DNA from: an uncultured virus (IMG/VR IMGVR_UViG_3300029268_000005)
Lineage: Duplodnaviria > Heunggongvirae > Uroviricota > Caudoviricetes
Virus record (IMG/VR): IMGVR_UViG_3300029268_000005
Direction: 5' to 3' (one strand)
Length of the DNA: 64,000 bases
The position numbers were made by a program, and so were the translations under genes. Under the pieces are notes generated by a model. It made no database searches and was not told the origin of the DNA. It was given only the letters and a program-made list of their open reading frames with translations. Position 1 is the first letter of the stretch. Each line of letters starts with the position of its first letter. Positions 1 through 10,580 of the stretch are shown piece after piece.

Positions 1-550
1 CATTCATCTCTTTTACCGACTCTCGGAAGTTATCGGTAAACCTGGCGGCAACAGAGCTCGCGTATTCGTAAGCCTGCTTGGCCTTCGTAATGGCCTTCAT
101 CGGCTGCTTCTTTGCCGCCGGCTTCTTATTGGCGCAGGCTGCTTCCTTCTCAGTAAGCAACGACGGCAGCTTGGTTGACCATACGCCTGTTGAAGACTCA
201 GGCCACGGATCAGGCGGTCGATCATACTCATCGGACACAGACAGAGCCGGCTCAGCTGAGGCGATCTTTTCCGGGTACAGTCTGGCCATGATGTTCTCGA
301 TACGAGCAATCGGGAACTCGGCCAATTTCTCAAGAACACCGGTGTTCTGTTCACGCTGATACGCAGACCGGCCGACGTTGAAGGATCGAACAAGCAGTGG
401 AATGTACGTGGAAGGTAGCCTGTGATCGGTGGCCACCTTAACAATGGCGTCATCAGGCGACACACCGTCGTCTGTGATAGACGCCATGCATTCTCGCACA
501 GCTCCAACTAGCCGATCTTCAGCGGCCTTATCAAAGGGGGCAACCGCCAT
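1..550 (-). CDS. Hypothetical, probable virion protein; runs off the window start; rich in K-x-A motifs
   Basis: Not in the ORF track. Manually translated from ATG at 550 (MAVAPFDKAAEDRL...), open to position 2; abuts the stop of the upstream gene at 552. Confidence 0.75.
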   Translation of the reverse strand, partial: MAVAPFDKAAEDRLVGAVRECMASITDDGVSPDDAIVKVATDHRLPSTYIPLLVRSFNVGRSAYQREQNTGVLEKLAEFPIARIENIMARLYPEKIASAEPALSVSDEYDRPPDPWPESSTGVWSTKLPSLLTEKEAACANKKPAAKKQPMKAITKAKQAYEYASSVAARFTDNFRESVKEMN

Positions 551-551
551 G

Positions 552-1502
552 TCACGCTCCTTGCTTAACGAATATCTCGGCACCGGGCATCGGCTCTAGC
601 GTAATAGTCTGATCATTACTGATCAGCAGCGTTTCTTCGGCCCGCAACTCAGCAGCCGTTTCGGCAAATGGCTGCAGCGACTTGATCTGATTCTTCAGCG
701 CTTCCTGACCGATCAACCACGGCAATGTGGTTAGGGACGCATGAACATTGGCACCCAGGTTCTGCCGTTGTGTATCGACGTGACCAATACGATCATCATA
801 GGCCTGTTTGAGCCGCGCTGTAATGTCAAACAACTGCATCACATTCAGACGGTTCACCTGAAACACACGGGCGGCTATAGTCGATTTCCTAAGGAGGTAA
901 CGTTCCCAACAACGAAACATCCAGTCGTGGACCTGATGCTGCGTTGTTGGGAGTCCTTCGTGTGTGCCGGCAAAAATGATTGCGTCGAGTACAACAGGCC
1001 CGCCAAAATAGCCAAACAGCTTATACAGCATTCCAGCGTAAGCGACGTCACTTTCAGTCGGCGCTTGGTGAATGGCAAAGTCACGAAGCACCGTGGTGAA
1101 GATGTAGTCTTTGAACGGCAGCCTGTCTCTAACATTGAAATATAGCTTCTCATACCAGTCCACGGAGGCTAGCGGCAGGCCGCTGTAGCTGTAAATTGAG
1201 TAATCATCCTGACCAGCCAAGATACGGGCCTGTAACACCTCACGCTTCAGCACATCCGGCCCAAAATGCATGTTGTATGCTAGGGCTATCGGAATGAAGC
1301 GACCCAGTACAGCGTCCTGTGCCTCAGCCGTAGCTGCGTCCCTGTACTGCTTGAGGAATCGGTTGTATTGCCGTATAGAATCGTCGTCGCCACGGCGAGA
1401 AGGATTACCACGAGGCGAACGCTCTACCAGCTGGGCAACACGCTGATGCCGCCAGGAAGGGTTGCGAAACGGGTTCAGTTGTTGGAATTCTGAAGTGAGC
1501 AT
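552..1502 (-). CDS. Hypothetical phage protein (316 aa)
   Basis: Long ORF tiling with neighbours; no recognisable motif. Confidence 0.7.
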   Translation of the reverse strand: MLTSEFQQLNPFRNPSWRHQRVAQLVERSPRGNPSRRGDDDSIRQYNRFLKQYRDAATAEAQDAVLGRFIPIALAYNMHFGPDVLKREVLQARILAGQDDYSIYSYSGLPLASVDWYEKLYFNVRDRLPFKDYIFTTVLRDFAIHQAPTESDVAYAGMLYKLFGYFGGPVVLDAIIFAGTHEGLPTTQHQVHDWMFRCWERYLLRKSTIAARVFQVNRLNVMQLFDITARLKQAYDDRIGHVDTQRQNLGANVHASLTTLPWLIGQEALKNQIKSLQPFAETAAELRAEETLLISNDQTITLEPMPGAEIFVKQGA

Positions 1503-1507
1503 AGATG

Positions 1508-1523
1508 TAATTAGCGCTAATTA
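1508..1523. repeat. 16-bp perfect palindrome TAATTAGCGCTAATTA, copy 1
   Basis: Read directly; intergenic, 5 nt before the start codon at 1502. Confidence 0.9.
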
Positions 1524-1526
1524 AAT

Positions 1527-1958
1527 CTACATGCCAGATTCGGTAAGAATCGTGTATCCGATGTGGAATGTAGCGGCGCTAACAGACTCCAATTCGATGT
1601 AAAGGGCTCCGGTCTGCCGAATGGTTACCGGACTTCGTTCGTCCATGTTCTCGTAGGCCCTGTCCAGCCCAAGGTCGGTGACGACCGTAGCTCCAGCGGC
1701 GGCAACGCCGTTATGCACAACGTGCACGTCAGGGTGGTGCAGGCTGATGAGGTCATCCGGATTGTCACTATCTTCAGAAATAGACGAACAGGCGTCTTCT
1801 CTGTCGAAAATAGAGAACGTGAAACCCTCGGCCGTACCGTCAATCTGCTTAATAATGAAGCGGTTGATGACACCGCGAATCGGTGCGCGAACAGCGAAGC
1901 ACGATTTGATACCGGCCTCTACCTCCACGCTTGTTACGTAGCTGATGGGCAGACCCAT
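1527..1958 (-). CDS. Hypothetical protein (143 aa), beta-rich, possibly structural
   Basis: ORF tiling in the minus-strand module. Confidence 0.65.
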   Translation of the reverse strand: MGLPISYVTSVEVEAGIKSCFAVRAPIRGVINRFIIKQIDGTAEGFTFSIFDREDACSSISEDSDNPDDLISLHHPDVHVVHNGVAAAGATVVTDLGLDRAYENMDERSPVTIRQTGALYIELESVSAATFHIGYTILTESGM

Positions 1959-1969
1959 GTGTCACCTTT

Positions 1970-4483
1970 CTATATCGAAGCAACGTCTTCAAGACTGGGT
2001 GCGGTCATCGAGCTGCCTAGCAGCGGCGATGCGTCCTTCTCTTGCAGATAAAGCGTGGTATCGCCAAGCGATTCGAACGAGTTGCGCAAGGTATCTTCCA
2101 GCTCAGGCAGGTCTGCCTTGCCGTACTGATCCATGAACTCTTCGTTGTGCCAGTAGAACATGAAAAGGATACGGCCAAGCCTGTCCAACGCCTTGAGCAA
2201 GTCAGGGATGAACTTTTTGACCAACGAATCCTTATGCACAGCCTTTACAAGGCCGGAGATCATGGACGTATCCATAACCTCTTTCTGGCCGGTCTGCGCT
2301 GCCTGCATAGCAGACTGCATAGCATACGGATCAGGTAGAGCTTCGGGGCTCTGGTCGTATACCGACGGATCTGTATTTCCGGCTGAGAAGGCATCTACCG
2401 GCAGCAATTCCTGCTGTGGCATGATCGACGGCGCATAGTTGCTGGCCTGACTTACGTCGTACACCGGCGCAGGAAAGGACGGGGCAACCATGCCAGGGTC
2501 TTGGGCGTACTTGATGAAGACCGTTGCAGACAGGCCATGAATGGCGGCCTTTTCTGCCTTGGCCATCAGCGCCCGTGCAGCCTTCTCACGCAAGCCGTGA
2601 CGCCAGATCAGGTCAAACAACGTGGCTTTCTTCGTCTTGCGCACGCTGTCGTTAATGACGGCCTCAGAGCCCAGAACGCTTACCCTGAGCATCGGGAAAA
2701 GAGACTTGGCAGCATCTTTGATAAGTGTGCTGCTTCCAAGCTCAAATCCAGATTTGTACTGCAGCTTCAGTTCAATGTCGGGCAAACCAGACAAGATGAA
2801 CGGCGCATTCTTACTCTCCCACGAGCTGCCGTATGGACCTGACATCGAAGTGCCCGGTTCATGGTCTGCGCCAGACTTGGAGATGCGCAGAACCTTGGAG
2901 TCCTCTGGGACATACAACGTGTCTCCTAGAACCCTGAAGGACGACCCGCGATGCTCGTTGAATATAACGTGCTTACGGCCATAGGAGCATTCACCCACCG
3001 GGTAAGAACTGTCCATGGATTTGGGCGTCCATGACGGTTGAGGCTCGCCATAGTCCTGCCAATCAACAACGCATGTATTGCCGTTCGGCTTGTCGTCGAT
3101 ACGGAACGGACAAGTAGCGTCACCATTCTTGGTTACGACTATATATCTGTGGTCGTAGCCTGCCGTGAGCTCGGCAGACGACAGACCTTCGTACCATTTG
3201 CCAAAGTCCTTGTCGTCGTCCTTGGCAGCTTCTCCGGTGCGCACGAAAATGTTGTTACGGTGCGTGTTCTTCCAATCGCGTGGATCCAGCTGGACAACAA
3301 CAGACAAAGGCTTGTGTCCGCCGGCAGCCATTGGCTGGGAGGCAACAAAGCAGCGCTTGAAGACGCCAGGCTGCATCAACACGTCGTACAATCCGGTCTT
3401 ATCCGGGTTTGTAAGCTGTATCGGACTGGTGGTTTCGTAGGCGGTGGAAACTTCGTCAGCCGCACGCTTGTCCTGAACGATATAGCCGTTGCGTACGATA
3501 CGCTCACGGTCTGCATCGTTCAACCATTGCGGGCAGTAGTCTAGCGTTGACGAATCGTACGTCAGAATGCGCAGCTTAGTCTCGGCACTCTTCTGTCCGA
3601 AAATGCCTTCCAGCTCGTCGCTGTCAGGCAGATCGCCAAATACGCTATCATCGGCGGCAGACTTGTTATCGACGGCGTTAAGCAGCGTCTCCAGCGCTGT
3701 TTTAATGAGGTCAGGGCCGTAATGCGTGTCAAGCATATGCTTGACAGCTGGGTACTTTTTGTAGGCCGCATATGCCAGCTTGCAGAACTCAATGTCCTGA
3801 GCCAACACACACGGCAACGACAGCCGGTCATCCAAACCGGCATACTTAGCAAGTTTCCACGGGTCATCGACGGTCAGGCTGCCGTACACAGGCAGGAAGT
3901 CCAAAGACCAATCGCGGAAATGCTTCGGAAGTTCTTCTGAGAACTTACCAAACGGCGGCGTCGAAAGACGAGTGAGGTCCGGTTGGCGAACGCCAAGCTG
4001 CTGCGCAGACCTTGAATCGCCTTCACCAAGAATGTGCGGACGCTGCGCCAGAATGTAATTGATCCAGTTTTCCTTCAGCGGCACGAACTGGTCTTTGCCC
4101 TTGAGATACAACAGCTCGTGGCCCTTCATGTCGCCATTCATGAACATGACAGGCGCATAGGCCCACTGCTCACCGATCTTGAATCCGAAGATACCAACAG
4201 CCTTGGTGGAATCTTCGTTACGATCAACAAGCTGGAAGCCTATAAGGAAGTCAAGCAGACGAGGGGCCTTATCACGAATGTGCGTATAGGCCAGGCTTGC
4301 AAAGGCCTGCTCGAATGACTGTTCCTGATCTCCACCAAGCGATGCCGCCTTGGCCAGACCTGCGGCCACTGCGACTAATGTCTCACGTTGACGCTTAGCT
4401 TCCGCAGCGAGCTTCACGTTACGAAAACGATAAGATAGCTGTCGGTTGAAAGCAGGGGCAACCATGGCGTCGTCCGTGAACAA
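1970..4483 (-). CDS. Large hypothetical, probable virion protein (837 aa) with many K-x-A motifs
   Basis: Long ORF; KLA, KAA, KYA, KSA (x2), KRA motifs; directly downstream of the RNAP gene. Confidence 0.7.
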   Translation of the reverse strand: MFTDDAMVAPAFNRQLSYRFRNVKLAAEAKRQRETLVAVAAGLAKAASLGGDQEQSFEQAFASLAYTHIRDKAPRLLDFLIGFQLVDRNEDSTKAVGIFGFKIGEQWAYAPVMFMNGDMKGHELLYLKGKDQFVPLKENWINYILAQRPHILGEGDSRSAQQLGVRQPDLTRLSTPPFGKFSEELPKHFRDWSLDFLPVYGSLTVDDPWKLAKYAGLDDRLSLPCVLAQDIEFCKLAYAAYKKYPAVKHMLDTHYGPDLIKTALETLLNAVDNKSAADDSVFGDLPDSDELEGIFGQKSAETKLRILTYDSSTLDYCPQWLNDADRERIVRNGYIVQDKRAADEVSTAYETTSPIQLTNPDKTGLYDVLMQPGVFKRCFVASQPMAAGGHKPLSVVVQLDPRDWKNTHRNNIFVRTGEAAKDDDKDFGKWYEGLSSAELTAGYDHRYIVVTKNGDATCPFRIDDKPNGNTCVVDWQDYGEPQPSWTPKSMDSSYPVGECSYGRKHVIFNEHRGSSFRVLGDTLYVPEDSKVLRISKSGADHEPGTSMSGPYGSSWESKNAPFILSGLPDIELKLQYKSGFELGSSTLIKDAAKSLFPMLRVSVLGSEAVINDSVRKTKKATLFDLIWRHGLREKAARALMAKAEKAAIHGLSATVFIKYAQDPGMVAPSFPAPVYDVSQASNYAPSIMPQQELLPVDAFSAGNTDPSVYDQSPEALPDPYAMQSAMQAAQTGQKEVMDTSMISGLVKAVHKDSLVKKFIPDLLKALDRLGRILFMFYWHNEEFMDQYGKADLPELEDTLRNSFESLGDTTLYLQEKDASPLLGSSMTAPSLEDVASI

Positions 4484-4613
4484 AGGTGATGAAACGTCCG
4501 TGCTGTATTGCGCAGTGTACAGTTTACGGCTTCAGTTGTTCTGCAAGTGCTGTCCCGATCATGACTACGGAACAGCCCCTTACTAAAATTCTATTCGCTT
4601 TTCGACGAAGCTG

Positions 4614-7600
4614 CTACCCAATTCGGCCGATGGGCTTCGGCGCCTCGGGCAACTTTGGCTTAGCAGCAACCTGTGTAGCAGGCGCCGTAGTAGGTGCAGA
4701 CATAGGCTTCGGTGCAGCAGGAGCCACCCAACCTTGTGGGGCTGTCTGGGCAAATCTGGCCTGAAAATCTGTATCCGGATTGGCCTTCAGAAACTCCTGC
4801 GTAGGCATATGTTGCTGCAACTTGTTGTCGTAATACCAGCTATCGTCTGGAGCTGTGTTGTAGAAACCTTGCAGCGCTTCTCGTGAATATGGTGTTCCAC
4901 GCTGCTGTTGCACATGCTGTAACTGTGCTTGCCCTTGCTGCACGCCCCTAGCTGCCCCAACGGCATTTCCAACCTCTTTGCTAGCTGCGTACGCCTCTCC
5001 AGGCAAATTGATCAAGGAGCGTATGGGCTTCATATTGGCGTTTATCGCTGCGCCTGCGTAGCTGAGCAAACCATTAGTTGGATCCTTGAAACCTAGAATA
5101 GTATTGTCTGGTGTCACATCATTCATAAACTTCTTGTGATCGCTCCAGCCAAATCCTGTTTCTCTCTTGCCGCCGAGCATCTCCGGTAACAAACCAACAC
5201 CGTCGACAAGTTCCAACGCACCATTTATAGGCGTAGCCCATAAACTAGCCGTGCCACCAATTCTTTTAGCAGCGGCTTGTCCAAGTAAGCCCATGCCAGT
5301 TGAGGCTGCCGCCGATGGAGCAACAGCCGCAGTCACAGGCAGAATGTAATCAGTGAAGCCCGGCTTAGGCGGTGGCACAGTAGGAGGCGGCACAGGAGCA
5401 ACGGATTGCTCAGCTGGCGACTGTGGTGCATCGGACTGCTCGTTTATAGGTTGCCTTGGTTGCACAGGTTGTGGCTGCGCAGGTGCGGGCTGAGGCTGTA
5501 CGGGGGCTGGCTGTGCCACTGGCTGAGCAGCAGGTTGTGCGGGTGCCGGCGGCTGTACAGGTGCTGCAGGTTGCGTAGTGTCAGGTGTTAACGGCTCTGT
5601 CGGCGTAGCCGGATTACCGCTAAACAGCATATCTTGAGCTGCAGACGGGTTCATCATGGCCATGAATAGCATCTGGCCTAGTGGTCCCATCTTCTCTAGC
5701 AAAGGCAACAGCATCGGCATAATGCCGGCCATTGAGAAGCCCTGGCCGTCATTTTGTTCCGGCATCAACTCTGCAGCAGTCTTTGGTGCAGCCAGTTCCG
5801 CAGGTGTGTAATCTCTTGGCGTTCGTACCTTGCCCTTGCCGATTTGACCTGTGGCCAGCGCAGGTACAAAGCTAGTGCCCATAGGATCGCTGATAGCACC
5901 TCGTTGCGCACCCTCAAGTACGCTGCCCTTCAGACCGCTGCCAAACATGCGTGTAAGCCAGTCTGGATCATGCTGCAAATTAGCCATGCCGCGAATCATC
6001 TCTGGTTCAAACGGCGGCGGATCGGCATGAACGTCGATGTTCTCCACGCCAAACTTCTTCAGCTGTTTGACAACACTTGGTCGTATCTTGGTGCCAATCG
6101 AATAATGCAGATATGGGCGTTCTAGATACTTACCAACTGCTCGTGCGGTTGGCAAACTATCGTAGCCATCTCGTGGCCGATACTTCTTCTCAACAACGTC
6201 ATAAGGCACAACGTCATCAGGAGCCAAGTCGTCGAGTTCGTCAGTCAGTCTGACGTGATTTATGAGACCCTTGGCCAACAGCTCTATGTTTCGACGATGC
6301 CCGCCGATACGGGCATTGGCATAGGCCTTCCTGAAGGCATCAAGAAAGTAACGTCTGCCTTCACCAACACCTTTATGCTCTGTAATGACAGCTGGGTTGG
6401 GCTCACCCTCGCTAAGCATGTCACCGGCTTCTATGTTATCGCCAGGCTTAACGACAGGTTCGAAGCCTTCGCCTACATAGTGCTTGGTGCCATCGACGGA
6501 TATGTACTTACCACCGGCTGGTGCAGGGTCGATGGACTCAACATGACCATCAACAGTGGCATGTACAGCGCCGCCTTTGAAGGTCTTAGGAACCTGCACA
6601 AGCTGATTGATCCAATCAAAACCGGAGATAGCTGCAGAGCCACCAGCACCAGCTACACCGCCCGTATGCTTGCTCGAATTAGACACAATCAGACCATTGG
6701 CAAGTACGAAAAGGTGATCTTCGTGTGCCACTTCTAGGTCATGTGTATACTGATGACCGATAGCAATCTGCTCTTTCCTGTACAGTCTGTTACGCGACGC
6801 AGTAGGTCTAGGTCTCCATGTGGCCAAACAAGCTACCAGCGTGTGTCTCTTAACACCGTACAACGGGATATTAGCGGCAAACTTTAGCAGGCTGTCACGA
6901 AATGTGATTACGAAGCTGTAAAGAACGTGCTTTCGCTTATCCGCCCCGCTAGGTTTTGGTATAGAGGCATATATGCCAAAACGCCATTCCAGCAGCTCTT
7001 TGACCTGCTCTACAAGTCTTAGTGATGTTGATCCGAATGAGATATGTACGGCCCCTCCTTTTGCTTTATTTTGCTCGGATACGTACACAGACCCATCTGT
7101 CACCATCAGTCCGGCTATCAGCTCTGCCACAGACGCATTGTTCCAGCTGTAAGCCTCGTGAGGTATGATCTTTTCGTAGGCATATTTACCTGCCATTCCG
7201 TACCGCACCAGCATTTGCATTGCTGGATTTCTATACGATCCGTTAAATCGACCAGTTGTGGCATCCTGAGCTGTACGTGCTTGGTCAATCTGACTTACTC
7301 GATAATAGCCTCGCTGACCGGCCAATAGGGTAGTCTTCAAGTTCAGCGCGGATAGGCGTGGCGCTATATCGGTAATTAACATCGGATCAAAACACGACAA
7401 GTGAAAACCGTTCACACTGTTCGTGTAGCATCCATCACCTAATCCTAGCCCCATCAAAAGCGCAAATGGTTCTTCTCTTAGTCCGGCCGCTGTGAATCCG
7501 GCAGGCCGCAAACCAGCAAAACGACCCTTGCCGGCCTTCTGGCCTACTGGATAAATACCTTCAATTGTGTCTGTAGCACTGAACGGATATGTACTCAATG

Positions 7601-10028
7601 ACGCCAGTATCTTGTGGTCTAACGTGGATTCAAGGGTGATTCGCTGCCTGGCTAGACCAACTTGAAACGCCGTCTGATGACAATTTCGCAGGCCGTTGTC
7701 AAAGCAACGCAACACCTGGACAGGGAAGGTATTTCCGTGACGGTCAGCGCCTAGTACCCAGTCGCCTGGACGTATCTGCTCGATTGGTCTGACACTCCAG
7801 TCGGCCATACGTACCAACGTACCACGCACAAGACAAATTTGTGCCTGGGTAAGCGGTTCAGACAACGCCTGTGATGCCGTTAATGCTGGATTCTCACCGA
7901 TATTAGGCAGTCTTCCGAATTCACGGATGCCTACGTCACGCGCATAAACGCTGCCATCACCAGGCCCATTAACCATTGGGCTGCGCACAAGGATGTCGTC
8001 TATGCCTTTGTGACGAAGATCAGCCAGTATCTTGGGCGTCAGGATGGTGTTGCGAGGATAACCGCCGGCAGGTGCAGACAACAATGCACCTTCGTTATCA
8101 CCATCGTCTGTGCGTGACGGCAATCCAACCAACGTTTCTGGATCTTTATCTGCGTCTAGTGACGTGACGATAGCTCGGTGAACAATCTGACTGAGCTGCT
8201 TAGACAAGAACCCAGCGTCCCTAGTGGAATTGGAGACTATGAGCCCATTGGCCAGAACAAACAAATGATCAGGGCAGGCAACTTCAAGATCAAACGTTTC
8301 ACAAAGGCCCATTGATTGCTTGTCAATGATCTTAAATCCGTATTGATCCCCATCAGCACGGCGCGACTGGTATAGCCTGGCTTTCTGAAGTCTCCGGGCC
8401 TTCACACCAAACAATGGAACACGCGCAGCAAAACGACTAACTGACAAAGGGTGATTGATCGTCAGTCGCCACTGGTCGTGTGTTGCGTTAGGTCCGCATT
8501 TCTCCACAGGAACGAAGTTTAAGGACGACGTCCATATTCCAAGCCGCAGCTCCAACAGACGCTGCACGCCTAGAAGTAACTGCTTGGACGTCGATCGAAT
8601 GTAGATCGAACAGCCATTTTTTCTAGTTTCGACACCGCCGTCAGTCAAAAAGATACCAGCCAGTAAATTGCCAATGGCTGCATCGTCCCAGCCCCACACC
8701 GCACCTGGCAACGTCTTTTCATGGGCATAATACTCGCCAAGACATTCTCGCAGCCAACGCTTTGACGGGTTCAAATGTCCTTTGGCAAAACAATTACGGT
8801 TGTTCTTCCGAATGACAACTCGTTTCGTCTTATCTATCTCAACTAACGCGGCGCTGTAACTACCGACCATGGGCTGGAAGCGCAAGTTGAATACGCCGAT
8901 ACGCTGATTTATTAGCTGTAACAACTCATCATCTGCACAAGACAACGTGTAGCAACCGTGACATTTTGGCGTCATACATCCGTCACCTAGCATCAGCCCG
9001 GCCAGCAACGCATGCGGCTCGGGTCGGCCTATTCCGGCAGCTCCTTGAGCTGGATAGGCCGAGAATGTATTTTTGCGAGGGTTCTTTTGTACGCGTGCCC
9101 GCCACATAGGCAACGCTGTTGGTTCGTATACGGATCTGTGGGCATAGGTTGAACCTGGCCTGCCATCCTTGATCTGAGCCAGTACCTTGTGGTCTTCGGT
9201 TGCACCTAGCTCTCGAATGGAATCATCCTGTCGACAGCCGCCCTTCCTAAATCGATAGCGAAAACACTCTCGATGCCCATTAGCGTATACAGCGGTTACC
9301 TGCACCGGGAACATATTGCCACATGTATCGGCGCCCATCACCCAATCACCAACACGAATCTTCTTTATAGGCTTCTCACTGTAGTCAGCCATCAGCACAA
9401 GCGTGCCGCCAACTAGACACATTTTGAGATCGATTAGGCCCTTCCTAGTACCATACGATCCAGCCCAGTATTCGGCGGGTGAATAACCCTGCGAATAACT
9501 GTGTCTGATGGGCACTGGAATGACACGGTCACGATGATCGGTAAACAGCAACTCGCTACCACGCAACGCAGCCAATCCAAAAGCATTACCACGAGAACCA
9601 GATCGGATTTGTCGGGCCAACGGGTTGTCTTCTTGCAGGCTTTCTTCGAGCACATCTTTAGACATGCGCTCGCCAATCTTGCCTGTCATCTTGACCAGCT
9701 GCTTGTCGCGCTCGTCGTCACTCAGGCTGTCATCGCTAAGAATTCGAGTAAGTCCGTCAAGCAACGTTTTCTTATGCTGCGTGGCTACCTTAGCCTCTGT
9801 CAGATGCCGTAGACCAAATGAATCGCCGCCAGAGCTAAACGATATGTGCTTGCCGATCTGCAACAGACGATGGGATATATCCCTGTACTTCTCTGGATAT
9901 TTCTGTGCAATCGTGCGCAGCAGTTTGCTCATTGCAGCCTTATCAATGACAGCGTTATAGTCCCGTAGCTCTTCAGGGAGCACGGAGTTCACCATCAACG
10001 AGCCTATCGTCGTCTGCAACCTGGCCAT
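4614..10028 (-). CDS. rpoC2: RNA polymerase beta' C-terminal half (RpoC2-like: bridge helix, trigger loop) with two inteins and a Pro/Gln-rich C-terminal extension
   Basis: SGSRGN; YSQG..PAEYW..SYGTRKGLID (bridge helix); DAGFLSKQL; QALSEPLTQ..KHTGG (trigger loop); RRNIELL; no NADFDGD in this ORF. Confidence 0.9.
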   Translation of the reverse strand: MARLQTTIGSLMVNSVLPEELRDYNAVIDKAAMSKLLRTIAQKYPEKYRDISHRLLQIGKHISFSSGGDSFGLRHLTEAKVATQHKKTLLDGLTRILSDDSLSDDERDKQLVKMTGKIGERMSKDVLEESLQEDNPLARQIRSGSRGNAFGLAALRGSELLFTDHRDRVIPVPIRHSYSQGYSPAEYWAGSYGTRKGLIDLKMCLVGGTLVLMADYSEKPIKKIRVGDWVMGADTCGNMFPVQVTAVYANGHRECFRYRFRKGGCRQDDSIRELGATEDHKVLAQIKDGRPGSTYAHRSVYEPTALPMWRARVQKNPRKNTFSAYPAQGAAGIGRPEPHALLAGLMLGDGCMTPKCHGCYTLSCADDELLQLINQRIGVFNLRFQPMVGSYSAALVEIDKTKRVVIRKNNRNCFAKGHLNPSKRWLRECLGEYYAHEKTLPGAVWGWDDAAIGNLLAGIFLTDGGVETRKNGCSIYIRSTSKQLLLGVQRLLELRLGIWTSSLNFVPVEKCGPNATHDQWRLTINHPLSVSRFAARVPLFGVKARRLQKARLYQSRRADGDQYGFKIIDKQSMGLCETFDLEVACPDHLFVLANGLIVSNSTRDAGFLSKQLSQIVHRAIVTSLDADKDPETLVGLPSRTDDGDNEGALLSAPAGGYPRNTILTPKILADLRHKGIDDILVRSPMVNGPGDGSVYARDVGIREFGRLPNIGENPALTASQALSEPLTQAQICLVRGTLVRMADWSVRPIEQIRPGDWVLGADRHGNTFPVQVLRCFDNGLRNCHQTAFQVGLARQRITLESTLDHKILASLSTYPFSATDTIEGIYPVGQKAGKGRFAGLRPAGFTAAGLREEPFALLMGLGLGDGCYTNSVNGFHLSCFDPMLITDIAPRLSALNLKTTLLAGQRGYYRVSQIDQARTAQDATTGRFNGSYRNPAMQMLVRYGMAGKYAYEKIIPHEAYSWNNASVAELIAGLMVTDGSVYVSEQNKAKGGAVHISFGSTSLRLVEQVKELLEWRFGIYASIPKPSGADKRKHVLYSFVITFRDSLLKFAANIPLYGVKRHTLVACLATWRPRPTASRNRLYRKEQIAIGHQYTHDLEVAHEDHLFVLANGLIVSNSSKHTGGVAGAGGSAAISGFDWINQLVQVPKTFKGGAVHATVDGHVESIDPAPAGGKYISVDGTKHYVGEGFEPVVKPGDNIEAGDMLSEGEPNPAVITEHKGVGEGRRYFLDAFRKAYANARIGGHRRNIELLAKGLINHVRLTDELDDLAPDDVVPYDVVEKKYRPRDGYDSLPTARAVGKYLERPYLHYSIGTKIRPSVVKQLKKFGVENIDVHADPPPFEPEMIRGMANLQHDPDWLTRMFGSGLKGSVLEGAQRGAISDPMGTSFVPALATGQIGKGKVRTPRDYTPAELAAPKTAAELMPEQNDGQGFSMAGIMPMLLPLLEKMGPLGQMLFMAMMNPSAAQDMLFSGNPATPTEPLTPDTTQPAAPVQPPAPAQPAAQPVAQPAPVQPQPAPAQPQPVQPRQPINEQSDAPQSPAEQSVAPVPPPTVPPPKPGFTDYILPVTAAVAPSAAASTGMGLLGQAAAKRIGGTASLWATPINGALELVDGVGLLPEMLGGKRETGFGWSDHKKFMNDVTPDNTILGFKDPTNGLLSYAGAAINANMKPIRSLINLPGEAYAASKEVGNAVGAARGVQQGQAQLQHVQQQRGTPYSREALQGFYNTAPDDSWYYDNKLQQHMPTQEFLKANPDTDFQARFAQTAPQGWVAPAAPKPMSAPTTAPATQVAAKPKLPEAPKPIGRIG
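6678..7835 (-). mobile_element. Intein with LAGLIDADG homing endonuclease (386 aa) in the trigger loop
   Basis: Starts CLVRGTLVRMAD, ends FVLANGLIVSN, +1 Ser; motifs LLMGLGLGDG and LIAGLMVTDG. Confidence 0.92.
8229..9419 (-). mobile_element. Intein with LAGLIDADG homing endonuclease (397 aa) in the bridge helix
   Basis: Starts CLVGGTLVLMAD, ends FVLANGLIVSN, +1 Ser; motifs LLAGLMLGDG and LLAGIFLTDG. Confidence 0.92.
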
Positions 10029-10029
10029 C

Positions 10030-10323
10030 TTACTTCCTGTGTGTGCGTAGGCAGAATTCCACTCGTGCCAACTCGTAGTCTGTAAGACTGGCTTCTATGA
10101 ATGCTTGCTCTTCTTTTGTCACAGGGCCTACGACAACCTTTTCGTTCTGTCGTAAGCTTTCACGGATCGTGGCTACATCGTTTACCAATTCGGCAACATT
10201 CAAGCTTGTAGCAACCTCGGTGACTTGCCCAGGCGCAGGCACAATACTAGCGTTGAGCCAACGCGCATAACGGCTAGCCCGCTGCGTTGTTTCTACGTCT
10301 TGCGAAGGTAGATGATTCATCAC
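10030..10323 (-). CDS. Hypothetical protein (97 aa) between the RNAP genes
   Basis: Translationally coupled ORF. Confidence 0.6.
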   Translation of the reverse strand: MMNHLPSQDVETTQRASRYARWLNASIVPAPGQVTEVATSLNVAELVNDVATIRESLRQNEKVVVGPVTKEEQAFIEASLTDYELARVEFCLRTHRK

Positions 10324-10580
10324 AACACCTTGGGCAGATCTTCAGCGGGTCTTAGCTTGTTTGTAACGTCATCGACTATGACAAACTTGTTGAACCCTAG
10401 CCGGTCCAGAACACGATTGAAGTCTTCATCAGTAGCTCTGGATATGAAGACTTCACCGTCTACAAGTTCACAGGCCACGGCCAGAGGCACGCCTGCGTTA
10501 TCTTCCAACACGACCATTCTCATGCCGTCACGTAGTAACGGCGACTTATCGCCCAGGCCTCTAAGCGCCTTTAGCCGCAC
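10320..10580 (-). CDS. Hypothetical protein (86 aa) between the RNAP genes
   Basis: Overlapping start/stop with neighbours. Confidence 0.6.
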   Translation of the reverse strand: MRLKALRGLGDKSPLLRDGMRMVVLEDNAGVPLAVACELVDGEVFISRATDEDFNRVLDRLGFNKFVIVDDVTNKLRPAEDLPKVL

